From the NCBI GenBank assembly GCA_964057225.1, contig OZ059898.1, positions 11,842,001-11,906,000 of the forward strand: 64,000 nt of DNA, given 5' to 3'. A program made the position numbers and the translations under genes. The notes below the pieces were generated by a model. It saw only the letters and a program-made list of their open reading frames with translations, searched no databases and was not told the DNA's origin. Each line of letters begins with the position of its first letter. Positions within the stretch are counted from its first letter, which is position 1. Of this stretch, positions 19,461-32,601 are shown one piece after another. The stretch is from Auanema rhodensis (lineage: Eukaryota; Animalia; Nematoda).

Positions 19461-20161
19461 GAACTTTTTTTGTCCACATTGATTTCATGTTTTATATGAT
19501 AATTTTCTAACCTAGAGGACTGTGGGGTTTATGTATAAGTAAATGAAAGGAAATTGCTAGGAATGATTTTATATAATTAAAATAAAGTTTAAAATGCTTT
19601 TATTACTATTTACAGCGTAGTTCACCCCAATATATGAAAACTAAATTCAAGTTTATTGAAAAGAAAAACAATGTTATTATAATAATGACAATTTTTATAA
19701 CCCATTTCAATACTTCTAAATATGCGGAAGTTTTCTAAATTATTATTTGTTTGAATCAGTGCTTAGATGTTGCATTTTAGTGTTGTTTTTGAATAGAGCA
19801 TGCTTTGTGTATGAAATTATAATTTCGTTTGTCCATGATTCTGTTTTAAGTTTTAAAAAAGATTATGAATGTTCAGCCCAATAATATTTTTTCCCTCAAA
19901 TTCGGAACATTCCAATTTATTCATTAAAGTGCCTGCTGTAAGAAGTCGTGTAGTTGCACTTAAACATCTATCTGATCTTCCCTACTATTCAGTTTCATGT
20001 AAGTTGTTAGAGACTTACTTATAGATTTTCCTAAAAACAAGCATACACATTTCAGTCCTCTAGTGTTTAATCTGTATTAGGTGTAATTGATAACAGTAAT
20101 CATAATTATCTGATATCATTTGATTTCGCAATCATTTGAAATTTAGGATTACCATAACTTC

Positions 20162-23100
20162 ATGGAAGGCAATCCTGGTACATCCGAATTAGTTCAAACA
20201 AAGGAGGAATATGTACAGCATGAAGGTTAGTGACTGAATTTTTTGTTTACATTTTAATTTTTATTGTAAAGGTGAAAATGTTTTAACTGATGTATTAGAT
20301 GTCGGAGAAGAAATAGCAGTTGACGAACACGAAATCTTACAAGAGGCCATCTTACAGCAAGGTTTACCAGATGAAGCTAGTTAGTTTCCAAATAAGCAGT
20401 ATGATATTTAACATGTACTTTTAGATATTGAAATCGAATATATTGACGATGGTTCCATAGCTGCCGAAGAAATAGTCTTAGATGAAGATGGTGTACTAAT
20501 GGAGGTTTTTTGTCTTATTTTCTTGTTTATTAACATCTGGATTTAGGAAGACGATATTGCCACCCAGTCTTTGGTTGCTTTGTCACGTGGTCCAAGGCAT
20601 AAAGATAAAACAGTTCGCGAATTTATTCAACAGACAGTACCCCTCACCGGGAAAGTATGTTTAGACGCATATGTTTGCTTAAAATTGAATTTTTTAGCAA
20701 GCTCATCGTGGGCAGCCAAGAATACTTCGTCGACCTTTGGGTGGCCGTGCTTCCATATATGATTCGACAAGTCGTGGTCTCCCTCGACCGAATTATCCAA
20801 GTATGAGCTTTTTCGCATATTTTTAACTAAAATAACTGTTTCAGTTCCATTGCAAACTAAAAGATTACTACCTGTTGCCACAGTACCTCTTCCCTCAACT
20901 AAACAACCAAATAGCCAGAAAGATTGGAGAGAAGAACAAAAGAGGTTTATAATATTGTCTTAAAAAATCACAACACATTTTTTCTTCAGATTATTGGAAA
21001 TTTACGAAATATATGACTGTTTACCTGATCACATGAAAGAACCATTTCGTCGAGTTCTTGAATCAAGAGGCGATACTTCGTTAAGAATGATTCCACCAAA
21101 GCGAGGGCCAACCCAAATGAGAGTCAGTTGTTTAGTTATCTTTAAAGATCAGCTAACTTTTCTATGTAGATGACGACTATGAATAATATGGGGCAAAGAG
21201 AACATTATGCAGAAGACCAGATGATGGAATCTGAATCAGCTGTTAGGCACGTTCAATATAAAGATGTTAGAGGTAAGATGATGCATGGGAATCTTAAATC
21301 ATGTTTTTCGTTTTTGACTATTCAGGTAGACATGTCTCGGATAATGAACTCATGCTCGCCGAGGATCAAGATGGTCAGCAGATGCACATGGAAGATAAAG
21401 GAAACACAGCGCAAGACCTCGAAGAACTCTCAGATATGCCTCAATTAGAAGAAGCTCCTCCAGTGGATATGCATCAAAGACAGGTTTCACTGCAATTTAC
21501 ATGATTTGTTTATGTTATTGTGTTTAGGGTCATGCGGGAAATTTACACCAGGGAAATGATGCTCAAATTGATGTTGAAGGCTATGACAGTGGAGAAGATC
21601 AAGAGATGCGAGGAAGTGTTGAATATATTATGGAAGCTGAAGACATGGATGTTTATGAAAGAGTAAGAATTCAATTTTCAATAGCTATCACACATATAGA
21701 TTTATAGAACTCCATGAAAGGTAGTTATATCCGACATGTTCGCAATAGTCAAATGATTATGCCTGCTATGAGAGACGATTATTATGCTGGCGTAGATGTA
21801 ACTCAGTATTCTGCTAGCAATATTCTCATGAACAATGTACTTTGTGATTTTATTTTCTCGTCTCACTTAATTTTTCAGCAAGTGCAAGAGTCTCGTTTTT
21901 GTCCAGGTTGTAAAATGACGCTTAAGAGATCTGTGTTCTATCATCATAGTCGAATGATTAAAAAGTATGGTGTCTGTAATATGTTTACACCAAAGAGATT
22001 TCCTTGTGGATTTACGGGGGTTGGAGTATTCTTCATTATTTTATGACAAATCAAACTATGTTATAGTGTGAGGAACGCCTAGGAACTGTTGAGAAATTAT
22101 GTGAACATATGTGGCAAATTCACGGTGCTCCTACTGATATTAAAACCGAAGTTTTCCATAGTGAAGCTGAGTTTGAAGTATTCCTTCGTGATCTCGAAGG
22201 CAAAGGAGGAAATTTCCGCATGTCAAGAGGAAACAAAATGATCAAGGTTTTAACTTGTATTAAAACTTTTTTTATTGATGTGATTAAGGCTGGAATGGTT
22301 CAATATTTCCGATGTAATCGTATGCAGTCTGTTTCGAGAGAAAAGACAGTAAGAGCTTGTGACGAATTAGTATGTTTTCTTGCTCATGTTATTATAACAC
22401 CTTCGTGGTTCAGAGTGCATATGGAAATAGCCCTGTAGAACGGAACGAAGATGACCCTTTTGTTGGAATCGGAGGAAAGCCATGCTTGAGGACAGAGGAG
22501 GCATGTACAGCATTCTTCAGAAAAGCATACTTGCCTAATGGGTACCTATTTAAATTAGTAAAGTTATTTATCTTTATGTTTAGTACCATAGAAGTTCGAT
22601 ACTGTGACCACCATCTCCATGAAGACGAACGTGTTCGTCTTCCAGCTATTTTAAAAGATAGAATCTTCGAAATGAGCAGAAAGAATCTGCCTCCAGCGGT
22701 TATCATGATGGTTTTACAAAGTAAGAATACAATTTCTTCTTTTTTCACTTCAACAAAACTAATTGCTTAGGTGAACGAGAGAAGTTCTGCCAAATAGGAT
22801 CAGCAATTGAACGTAGAATAATGGCCTTAACTCCTAAAGATATTTCCAACACTCTTCTGTCTAAATCTTCAGCTCGAAAAAAGAAGAAGTCAAATCAATA
22901 TGAAGCTGATCAATGTAAACCAAAAACTGGTTTAAATTATAATATAAATTAAATTTCAGTTGATGTTGTTTCTGTTGATAGCCATCATGATCAACTGCCA
23001 AACTCACCTTCACAGAGCAATGTATCAATAGATGGACAAAGAGAAGTGCGCTGTGAGATTGAATAGTGTTTTTTCACTTACTTTGTTTTAGAACTCCAGT

Positions 23101-24017
23101 GTACATAGTAACTTGGTTGTTGATAATGTGTCTTATAACCGCAATAGTCAAGGGGGGACTGATAATATTAATAGGTCTGATCTCTCTGAGCTTGAGCAGC
23201 GTATGCTCGAAACTTATGAAGCTAATCACGATGTCATTTTAACTGATATGCAAAAAATGAAACGCGTTGAAAACAAAAAACGTCATCAGCGAGAAACTAT
23301 ACGTACTAGAGTTTATGCTCTGGGACGCTTTATTAAAACTATGAATTTCGCTGACATGTCGATTGAAATTTTAGAAGAAATGTCCGAAGGATTGAAGAAT
23401 GTAAGTTGTTTTTTTCTTTTTTTTAAAGTTTTTCTAATTTCTAGGTACTTGATTGTACTCGAATCAAAAGTGAGCCTGAAGTTTTCTCTCTTAGTTTGCC
23501 TTCTAAACCAATGAAACCTGAAACTCAGGATAATGATGAAGTGAGTTGCTATTCATCATATCTATAATATTTTCTTTTCTTAGTTTATGCCGGCCAGTGT
23601 TGAACGTAAATCACGGAAGAGAAAGATTATCAAAACCGAAGCTAATGATCCAGAAATTAATGTATGTTCCCTATAGACTGTCAAACGTTTTAATGCTTTG
23701 CTTTAGACTTCTGAAACCATGATGGAGGCTACTGATAATAGAGAATTCCAAGCAGAAGATTCAATGGAGCAGATGATAGAAGTTGAATCTCCTGTTTCGA
23801 AAAAGGTATATTTATAATTTCTGTTTTTGTTTTCACTGTGTAATAGAGTCAAAATCAGAGTCGTCGCGGGCGACCTAAAAAGGAGATCAAGAAAGATGTA
23901 CCCGATGAAGATGAGAAGATCGAACCGTCTGAAGAAGTTTCCGATGAAGTTGTACAACTACCTTCCCGGACTCGCGTTGGTCGTGTGGTTCGTCCCAGAG
24001 CTATACTTGATGTGTAA
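20162..24017 (+). CDS. Nuclear protein: acidic N-terminus, C2H2 finger, WRKY/FLYWCH/GCM-like (MULE-type) DNA-binding domain, C-terminal AT-hook
   Basis: More than 20 short GT-AG introns in frame from MEGNPGTSELVQTKEEY to ...SRRGRPKKEIKK...SRTRVGRVVRPRAILDV*. Central region: FCPGCKMTLKRSVFYHH, FPCGFTGCEERLGTVEKLCEHMWQIHG, FHSEAEFEVFL, YFRCNR, ACTAFFRKAYLPNGTIEVRYCDHHLH. Family assignment is from motif spacing only. Confidence 0.85.
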
Positions 24018-24286
24018 AAATGTATTTCGTTGTCTTCGTATTTTGAGTTATTTACTTTCATATTTCACTATTTGTTAGCTCTCAAGGATAACTTAGACTT
24101 AACTAGTTCTAGTTGTTAAGCCGCATCATTGCTTTTGAATAATTCTGAACCCGGGTAATTGTACACAAAAGTGTTCATTTCGATGTATTACATACGGTGC
24201 ATTGTCTCAAACCTCTAATTATGTTACAGGAAGATTTATTGTTAAAATGGTCTTGATAATAAAAGATAATAAGGTCCAAATGTGAA

Positions 24287-27200
24287 CTAAGACGACGGTC
24301 CATGAGTTTGGTGCCACGCCGTGTATGCTAAATATAAATGATATTGAGATCAATAGAAAAAAGCTGATTTACCTGACTGCATATAAGTATTGTAATCGTA
24401 ATAAGTATTAGAAGTATCAGGAATAGTACTATATAAAGGTATATTATTTAAAATCGAATAATTATTATCGAAATCTGATCCCAAGAACTGAAACGGGAAA
24501 ATATGATGAAGGACTTCTTGAACTTCATAACTAACCTGGTTCAAGTAAGAAACTGGTTGCTGAGCTGTTCCGAATTGTAAAGCATAAGTGAAATAATCTA
24601 AATTTATTTGCTTTGTAGTTAAGGTAGGAACAGGTGATGAAATGCTGAAAATACGCAAAAATTAATAAAAGCTTTCACATCAGAAAGAACTTTGATGATT
24701 GGATGAAAGCAGTTACAAAAATAGTTCTGTTATTATTTGGATCGATACCAAAAGAACTTTTATGATATACAGAATTAAATTCTTCTATGGCTCTGAAATA
24801 TTGAATAGTTCGGATTAAAGTTGATATGTTCAATTGCTTACGCAAATAGGTTGGGAGCCCTTCCTTTCGATACAACCTGAATTTCAGATACAGCTTGCAT
24901 GAGTTCATTTTGTTCACCATAAGTGGTAAGATCGAATGAAGTTTCAGAGATAACACCCTGAAATTGAATTGTATAGTTAATAATGAAAAGCAACTGTTTA
25001 CTTGTCCGTTATAGTTGATAATTGCAAGACGGTTATTGCCTAATGCGAAGTCTCCAACAGAAGATATGAAAATTTGGAGGAAGGATTTTATCTAAATCAG
25101 GAATTCAGGTTGATTTTCTTTGCACTTTATACCTGAAGCAATTGATTATTGCTTAATTGCTCATGATCAATGAGGAAAATGTGGTCAGCAAAAATGTTTT
25201 CTAGAGAAGTAAGTGAAGGATATACTTGTTCTTTGTATTCTAAATTAATTTTGTTATTATGACGAATCATTAAGCCATGTGTACCATTATCTATACTGAC
25301 AAGAAGATCTTTTCCAACACCTTGATAACAAGAGAGGGAAGTTGGTGAATTGACAATTTCAAAGAAACCAGTATTAATGAACTGATTTACGAATTCACTG
25401 CCCAGACCATCCATAGTAATACCGAAAACTTTGGTTGAATTTTTGATTTTTAAAGCATTAGCTGTTTGTTGAGCATCTTGATAATAGCTGAAACGTTATC
25501 AATAAAGATCAATGTGATCAAGAATAAATTTTACTTGATGGAATTAGTCAAAATAATGGAATATGTGGCTACGCTTTCTCTCCACCCCTTAGTAGGATCT
25601 AAGAAATAGTTTAGTCCTTGATTGATGGCGCCTGTTAAATCAGCTTGAGTAGTGGTAGGGTTTGCTTCAAGACGAAGATTATCAATCTTCCGCGCAATAT
25701 CGTTGTTACTAGTAGATTCCCAAAGATGGAATCCAGCCTACAAAGTCTTGTAATTTCAAAATATTAAAATATCTCAAATACTTCTGGGATCAAATCTCCA
25801 TTGAAAGCTTGTAGGGCAAATTGTGTATTTTTGTTGCTTACAAAGAACTGATTGACGAAGTTTTTCAAGAAATTTTTAATCTGAAAAAATAGAAATTATA
25901 TAATATAATTGCAGAGATATCTCTTACAGCATTGAAATCGTTAGAGCTCATTCCAGTTTCATCGAGGAATATGAGAATATCAGCGGATATCTCCGAAATC
26001 GGGAAACTCTTGGAGTAAAAACTCAGCTGTTCTATAATGAATGATTATTAGTATATAAACTAATATAAAGCTAAAACCTGAATACAAGTTGTTAAAGAAT
26101 TTGTTCATTGGGTTGCCGCCTCTTGGATCAACGGGGAATTTTCCTTCGGCCCAATTGTCCAACTGCTCACTGCCATCAATACTATAAATCAGAATTACTA
26201 AATTGAATTAAAGCAAGAAACGTACTCATATATGAAAGATTTTTTGGTAAGTGAGTTAGTGTAATCTGCGCTCACATATCTCAAGACATATGAAACAGCT
26301 CCATGATTTTGTATTTGCGTAGCTACAGGCTGAAGGGTTAATCTGAATTTTTGAATAAGTCACAGCTATATTGCATTGAGCTCACGTAGTTGGACCAACA
26401 AGGTAAATGACATATGCATTTCGAGCGTTACCATTATTATTGGCAAGTGATAAAACAACATTATCAATAGCGCTAAAAAGTGTTTTTCAAAAATACGGTC
26501 AAGCTCAAAAGTCTTTTACCCTTGAATATTAGAAGATCCAGATGGAACTTCGATCCATGATGTCAAGAAATCATTAACGTTCTTAAAATAAAAAACATAT
26601 TATGAATGAGGAGAATATTAATTACGGTCATGCTATTAGTAAGTGCCAGATTATTGTTGGAAACAATATCAGAGAACGGTACAATAGATACTCTGCTCCT
26701 GAAAAATAGTAATGAATGAAAGGAATAGTAGACTATATTATAAATTACTTGTAATTACTAATCGTCAAAAGATTGACAAAGTTTTTGACGAATAAACGAA
26801 TGTTAGTAATATCATTGACAACTGAGGCTGATTGATCAACAATGAAGTAGAAATCAGAATAGAATGAGTTGAGCATTGGAGCTGCTGAAAGAGAAGGAAA
26901 TTGTTTGATGTGAAAAGAAAAGAAAACACACGTCTTGTTGTAGCTTGACTGATAATGGCATCACGAAGAGAATTCTGATTGATATCAGATTCCCAATTAG
27001 TTAGCTAAAACAAGTACTTAGAAACAAAATAAAATATGTATCCTACCGAATAACTGTCTGGTCCGAATCGGCTAAGCTCGTATGCAGTCATTGTGTGGGT
27101 GACATCAACTGCAATGGTGCGTACAGGTTGGCTACGGATAGCAGCAATGCTATCAGTAAAGTCAGAAGATGAGGATCCAAGAGAAAAGACATAAAGATAG

Positions 27201-30200
27201 TTTTCTTTAAGTGGTCTAAATCCTTTATCGGCAATAGAGCTGTAGACATTTGCGTTAATATATTGAAGAGCCCTGAAGAAAAGAAAGATTTTTGTTACAA
27301 CTATTCCTAGTGTAATTACTGGTTGATATCTCTGGCTGCATTATTAGTCACAGCTTGGTATGACAACTTGGGTCCCAGACAGTCGTAGAGATTCCAATAG
27401 TTATTAATCTACAAAATAAAATCTTTTGAAAAATAGATAACGTTGAATCATACGTCAGAGAACGAGCAAAGGATTTTTGTAGAGGAGCTATCAAAAGTGG
27501 CTACAGTGAAGAGAGATCCAGATGAACTGATGTAGAATTGATCGCGGAAAGTTGTTTGCAAGAATGATCTCATCTATTAATCATCAAGTTATTATTAACT
27601 ATATAAATTAAAAACATACAGTTTCGAAATTATCAAATGTTTGGTTAGATACGTCAATGAGAATTGTAACATCAGGCCAGATATCGCGAACTTTCACTTG
27701 TGGAATAGGTCCAGGAGTGTATACAGTAGGAACATCGGTTGGAGGAGGATTTGCTAAAAAGAAAACAAATCAGATTCAAATAAGCATGTATGTATTTCAA
27801 CGATGCAACCAATTTCAATCGCGAAATAATGCAAAATATAGTCGTGATTACGTGAATACGTGAGATGATCAGATATCTTAACTTACTTGGCTCTTTATAT
27901 ACACGACACAATTGTTTTGAAATTTTTTCTGCTAAGACATAAGATGATCTGGGATTATCAATACTGAGCTGAAATCAAGTTTATAAAATTAGTTTTGACT
28001 TAAATTACTTAATATACTTACCAATACAGGGCTTCCGATAGCAATTCCAGCATCCTGGCCAGGAATTATTTCATTCGAGTGAGCCTGCACACGAAGACCA
28101 TAAATGAATGAGAATGGCATACGTGCTCTTTCATTGAGAGCAGATTGATAATCAGCGAAACTGAAATCGAAGAGTTGAAACACTAAGTTGAACTTATAAA
28201 TCTTACTCTACAGCATCACTAATAACTAGTACTGTTTTACTGGCATCCGGTCTGCCCAAGTTGATTTGTCTTCCAGCTTCTCTGTAAGCTCTAAAGAAAA
28301 AATAATAATTACTTATTTTCAAATGAGAACTAACCTTGAAAGAAGATTTGTGACGGATGAAGAAACATTTTGGTATTTCAAATTGGAAATTTGATCAAAT
28401 AAACTTTTTGAAGATTTGAGATCATTCATCGAGGAAGGAACATCAAGCTTATCTCCAAAGTATGTAATCACCGCTAAATTAACTGGGGTTCCCATATTAA
28501 TTTCATTGTTATTAAGTGGTCCGAATAGAGATGGAACAACAAGAGTAGCAGTGAAATCTCGAACCTAGAAATATGAAAATCAAAAAGATATTCATTGAAA
28601 TGCTCACATATTCCCAATTTGATTGTGAACTAGCATGTAAGATGATAGTGATATCTTCAAACTGTTCGCATGTTTGAACTGCAAAGTATTGTAATTAGAC
28701 TGAAAAAAAGAAAAAGAAATCAATACCAAATTGAGTCACTGGTGTACAGACAGGTAACGATATTACATCCAATTGTGGAATTAAAGAATCCACTATAGCA
28801 TTTGTGGTGCTAGTAATATTAATTTGTCCATCGCTATTTCTGAATATGAATGCATTTCCATTAAAACTCTCAGAACCCGTAATATCATTCATTGATGTTA
28901 TGTTTGAATAACGTCTAAATTATACATATAATATGAGAAAGTATCGTGTTTGCTATACCCTAGTACAACTCCTTTAACGGTAGCTTTACTGCGAACTTCA
29001 GCGCTGATACGAGGCAAATCTTTTTCGTTATTACTTCTATAAAATGGATATGTGTAATATTAAGTTGAGTTTTGTAGATATAAACATACACTCCGCGTCC
29101 GAAGATAACGACCATTTGGGCGCTTCCGGAAGTGTCCTCATTTAAGTCCTTCAAAACTTCTCTGAGTCCGCTGTAATTGGATAGATTTATGTTGAGAAAA
29201 CAATTAAAAACTGTATACGTAGTGATAGTAGAAGCAGCTCCCAGAGGTGTGAATGTGGTGCTGCCTAATACAGCTTGAGCTTCAACAGCATCGTCCAACT
29301 ATAAAAGTGTCTCGTGTAGCATAGTTTAAAGCATTTTTCTTACCATAGAATAGAGAGTTCCAGTGTCATCATCAGAAGAGTAGTAAACTAATGTTACTTT
29401 TCCTGTGGTTGGTGAAATTAATCCACTGGTCTCATTCAAAATTGTGTTGACGATATTAACTTGCTTAAATAAGAGAATAAACTAAATAGAATTAATAGAA
29501 GTATTATACCAAATCAACGTAATTATTCTGTTCTACGCTTGAAACTTCAATAGCGAAAATATAATTGAAATTGCAAAAATAAACTCCTGAAAACAATATA
29601 ATATAAATATTTTATTTATTAATAATAAAAATTACCTTTGCAGAGAATATAAGACATCACGTTTTTAACCAAAAAAGGTTGCACAATATCGTTAGAAGTA
29701 ACATCTGGAAACATAGATTTCATTTACGTAGTAAGCTTTTAAGGCAAAAACTTACTGAAATTGTACGATTTGACAAATCCATCGTTTTGAGCATCAATTA
29801 CTTCATTAATAAGTGTAAAGGCATACGAATCTACTTCAACATCTAGAAAAAAAGTCTTAAAACTATTAAAAAAAACTTTCTATTACCTAAACTAATCAAT
29901 TGAGTTTGATAAAGAGAACGAAGATTATGACTGTGTGTACCAGCATTAACAATATCTGTTGAATTATCATCAGTTCTATAAATAAATAAAAATTAATTAT
30001 TTGACATCATATGTAGTTTCAAACCCTGAGTTAATGAAGTACACAATTGGGCGAGTGTCATGTTGGTTATAGTGGGCGTTCTTGCTGACGAATGTTTCTG
30101 CAGCAGCAAATCCGCTGAAAGAGGTTTGATTTGATGACTGTTTATAAGCCGTAAAGTTCGATTGGTGTAATGAATAGTAAGACGTTAATACTCACACCGA

Positions 30201-32601
30201 TAATAGAGTTGAAGTTGGATTAGACTGTACGTTATTAAGATCTTTCTTAATGTCGTCGTATGACAAATAGTTCTAAAAATCAGTCCTTCAAAATAAATAA
30301 GCATCGATGATGCACTTACCGAGCTGGAGAACGTAACAACATTATTGAAAGTGATAATAGCATAACGATCATCCTTATTAACAGCGTTTGATTGTTCAAC
30401 TACTTGCAAAGCGAATGATAATGCACTCTAAATATAATATAATCAAGTTTATCTTGTAATGCTTATAGAGAGAACATACCTTAAAGCCGTTGTTAATAGA
30501 CATAATAAGTGAGTCTTCAATCAGGAAAAGTATATCCATCTTACAGGAAGGACCTTAAAGATTGTGATATAAAGACTTTCGATTTATAATTTCAAGATAC
30601 CTGATGTGTTTGGATCTTGAGTAGTTATTACTGGTTTTGCAGTTACTGGAGATTCTGATGTAACTAATGGGATTCGAGTAGATGGAATGAGTGGAGGAGC
30701 AGGAGTTGAATAGTAAGCTGATTTTGTAGAAATGAGAAGAAACATAGATAACATGAAATACCTGTGCAAGTCCATTGTGATGATGTTGCATATATGGCAG
30801 GGTTTGTGATCCAAGTTATATCATCGACTGGATAATACCGAGAATTGTCAGATACAACAGATGAAAAGATATCTCTGCAAAGAAATGCTTTAAACTAACA
30901 ATTTCAACTTGAAGGGATACCTAGCAACTTGGTTAACAGTGGCAACAATAGATCCAATATAGAAGCCGCGTGATTTCAAGTCAGTAGCCAATACGGTTGG
31001 AGTAGCTTTGGTGATATCGCTAAAGCAATTTAATAACCATGAATAATCTGAGATTAAACTTACTATCCATCAGAGATGATGATTATGTTTTTACCCTGTC
31101 CAATAATTGGATTGCTAAGACGATTCAATATGTATTGAAGTCCACTGAAAGATGTTTTAATCAGTAATTGTAGTAAAAGAAAGTAGAGATGGCGGATAGA
31201 TGAAGAATGATATTTCACTCACATCGTCACAGAATGGAAATCGTTGTTTGTTGGATTTACAGTTGAACTATTCAATTTTGCAATTACATTATGCCAACAG
31301 TTGTCATCAGTACAAGATCCCAATGATGATCTATATTAATTGAAATAGATTGAAAAGAAAATTTTGAACTATTTTAAAATTAAACGTAAATTCAAATTAC
31401 TCACGCTCCAAGTCCATTGTAAACGATGAGATCAAACTTAGTTGTGTTCCATTGAGTAGAATGTAATCCGATTACATTGTCATAATTTGATAAATATTGT
31501 CTTATCTGAAGAAGGTAAGAAACACAATTAAAATTTTTTTCATCTGTTTTACTTACATAAGCAAGTTTATCATCTAAAGTACCCGAATTAGGCATAGCTA
31601 CATCAACCAAGAACGTTGTCTGCACATTGATAGTTGTAGCATCGCAATAAGCTTCAAAAGTATTATTTAGATGTACTTATATAACTGATCAAATACCTCC
31701 ATTGGGCAAGAATGGTGATGAGGTTGTAGCAATAGTAGGTGGATAAGTACCGGTAGAACCATCAAATTTGGGTATGTACATCGAAGAACATTGAGAGGTT
31801 GGATTAGCTAAATATGAACATGAAATGATTTTATTTTGAAAATGATTACTAGTATCTTCATTCTTCCATCTGGTGCTCAAAATAGTATGTAGATTTGTGA
31901 ATGGAGGTGGATCTACACTAAAGCTAAATGTTGAAAAGAAAATGGTTCCTTTATCAGGAGATGGCTGGAATCTATTTACAATTACTGCAACAGGAGCTGG
32001 AATCTCTTTATGCGATGTTACAATTCCCATGCTCTGAAATTTTACTTGATTTTACTTTGATACTTTCCATTGTCTATTCTGTTTATTGGTTTTAGTTTCT
32101 TCAATCTTATATTGATATACAGGAAGCATCTTACCTCAGCTTGAAGTCTGGATTTCAAGCCAGCGTATGCTTTTGAACTTGAATTGTAGTAGTCATCCAT
32201 CCAAGGAATAGCCGGATCCCAGGCCGTTGTGAAAATATTAGATATAGTTATAGAAGAACAAACAGATTGAGGACATGTTTCTATAAAATAAACAATTTCC
32301 AGGTTTAGAAAATTAGATGCTGATAAATAATTAGTAAAAAGATTGATAATATTTCCATTCAGCAGCAATGTAATAGATCATTTCACAGATTAGATTATAT
32401 TTTTTATTTTATAATTTACGAATTTGTGTGTTTGAAAAAGATAATAATAATACAAATTTCAACAATCAACTCACTCTTTTGACTTTGGCTAAGTTTATGA
32501 GATCCAACTCCAATAAGAACACAACCCGTTATAAGAAATATTAGAGAAACTATAAATATTCCTCCTAATATATATAAATTCCGACGACTTGGTTGCAGCA
32601 T
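24287..32601 (-). CDS. Large type II membrane/signal-anchored protein with a SEA-like module and ~8 tandem von Willebrand A domains
   Basis: ATG 32601, hydrophobic anchor LYILGGIFIVSLIFLITGCVLIGVG, SEA-like start (WDPAIPWMDDYYNSSSKAYAGLKSRLQAE), Thr/Pro linkers, then repeated vWA beta-A openings: TTFLVDVAM, DILFLIEDS, NIIFAIEVS, DITIILHAS, DVTILIDVS, DFYFIVDQSAS, DILIFLDET, DHIFLIDHE. Last exon ends YTAWHQTHGPSS* at 24287. Dozens of short introns. Confidence 0.85.
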
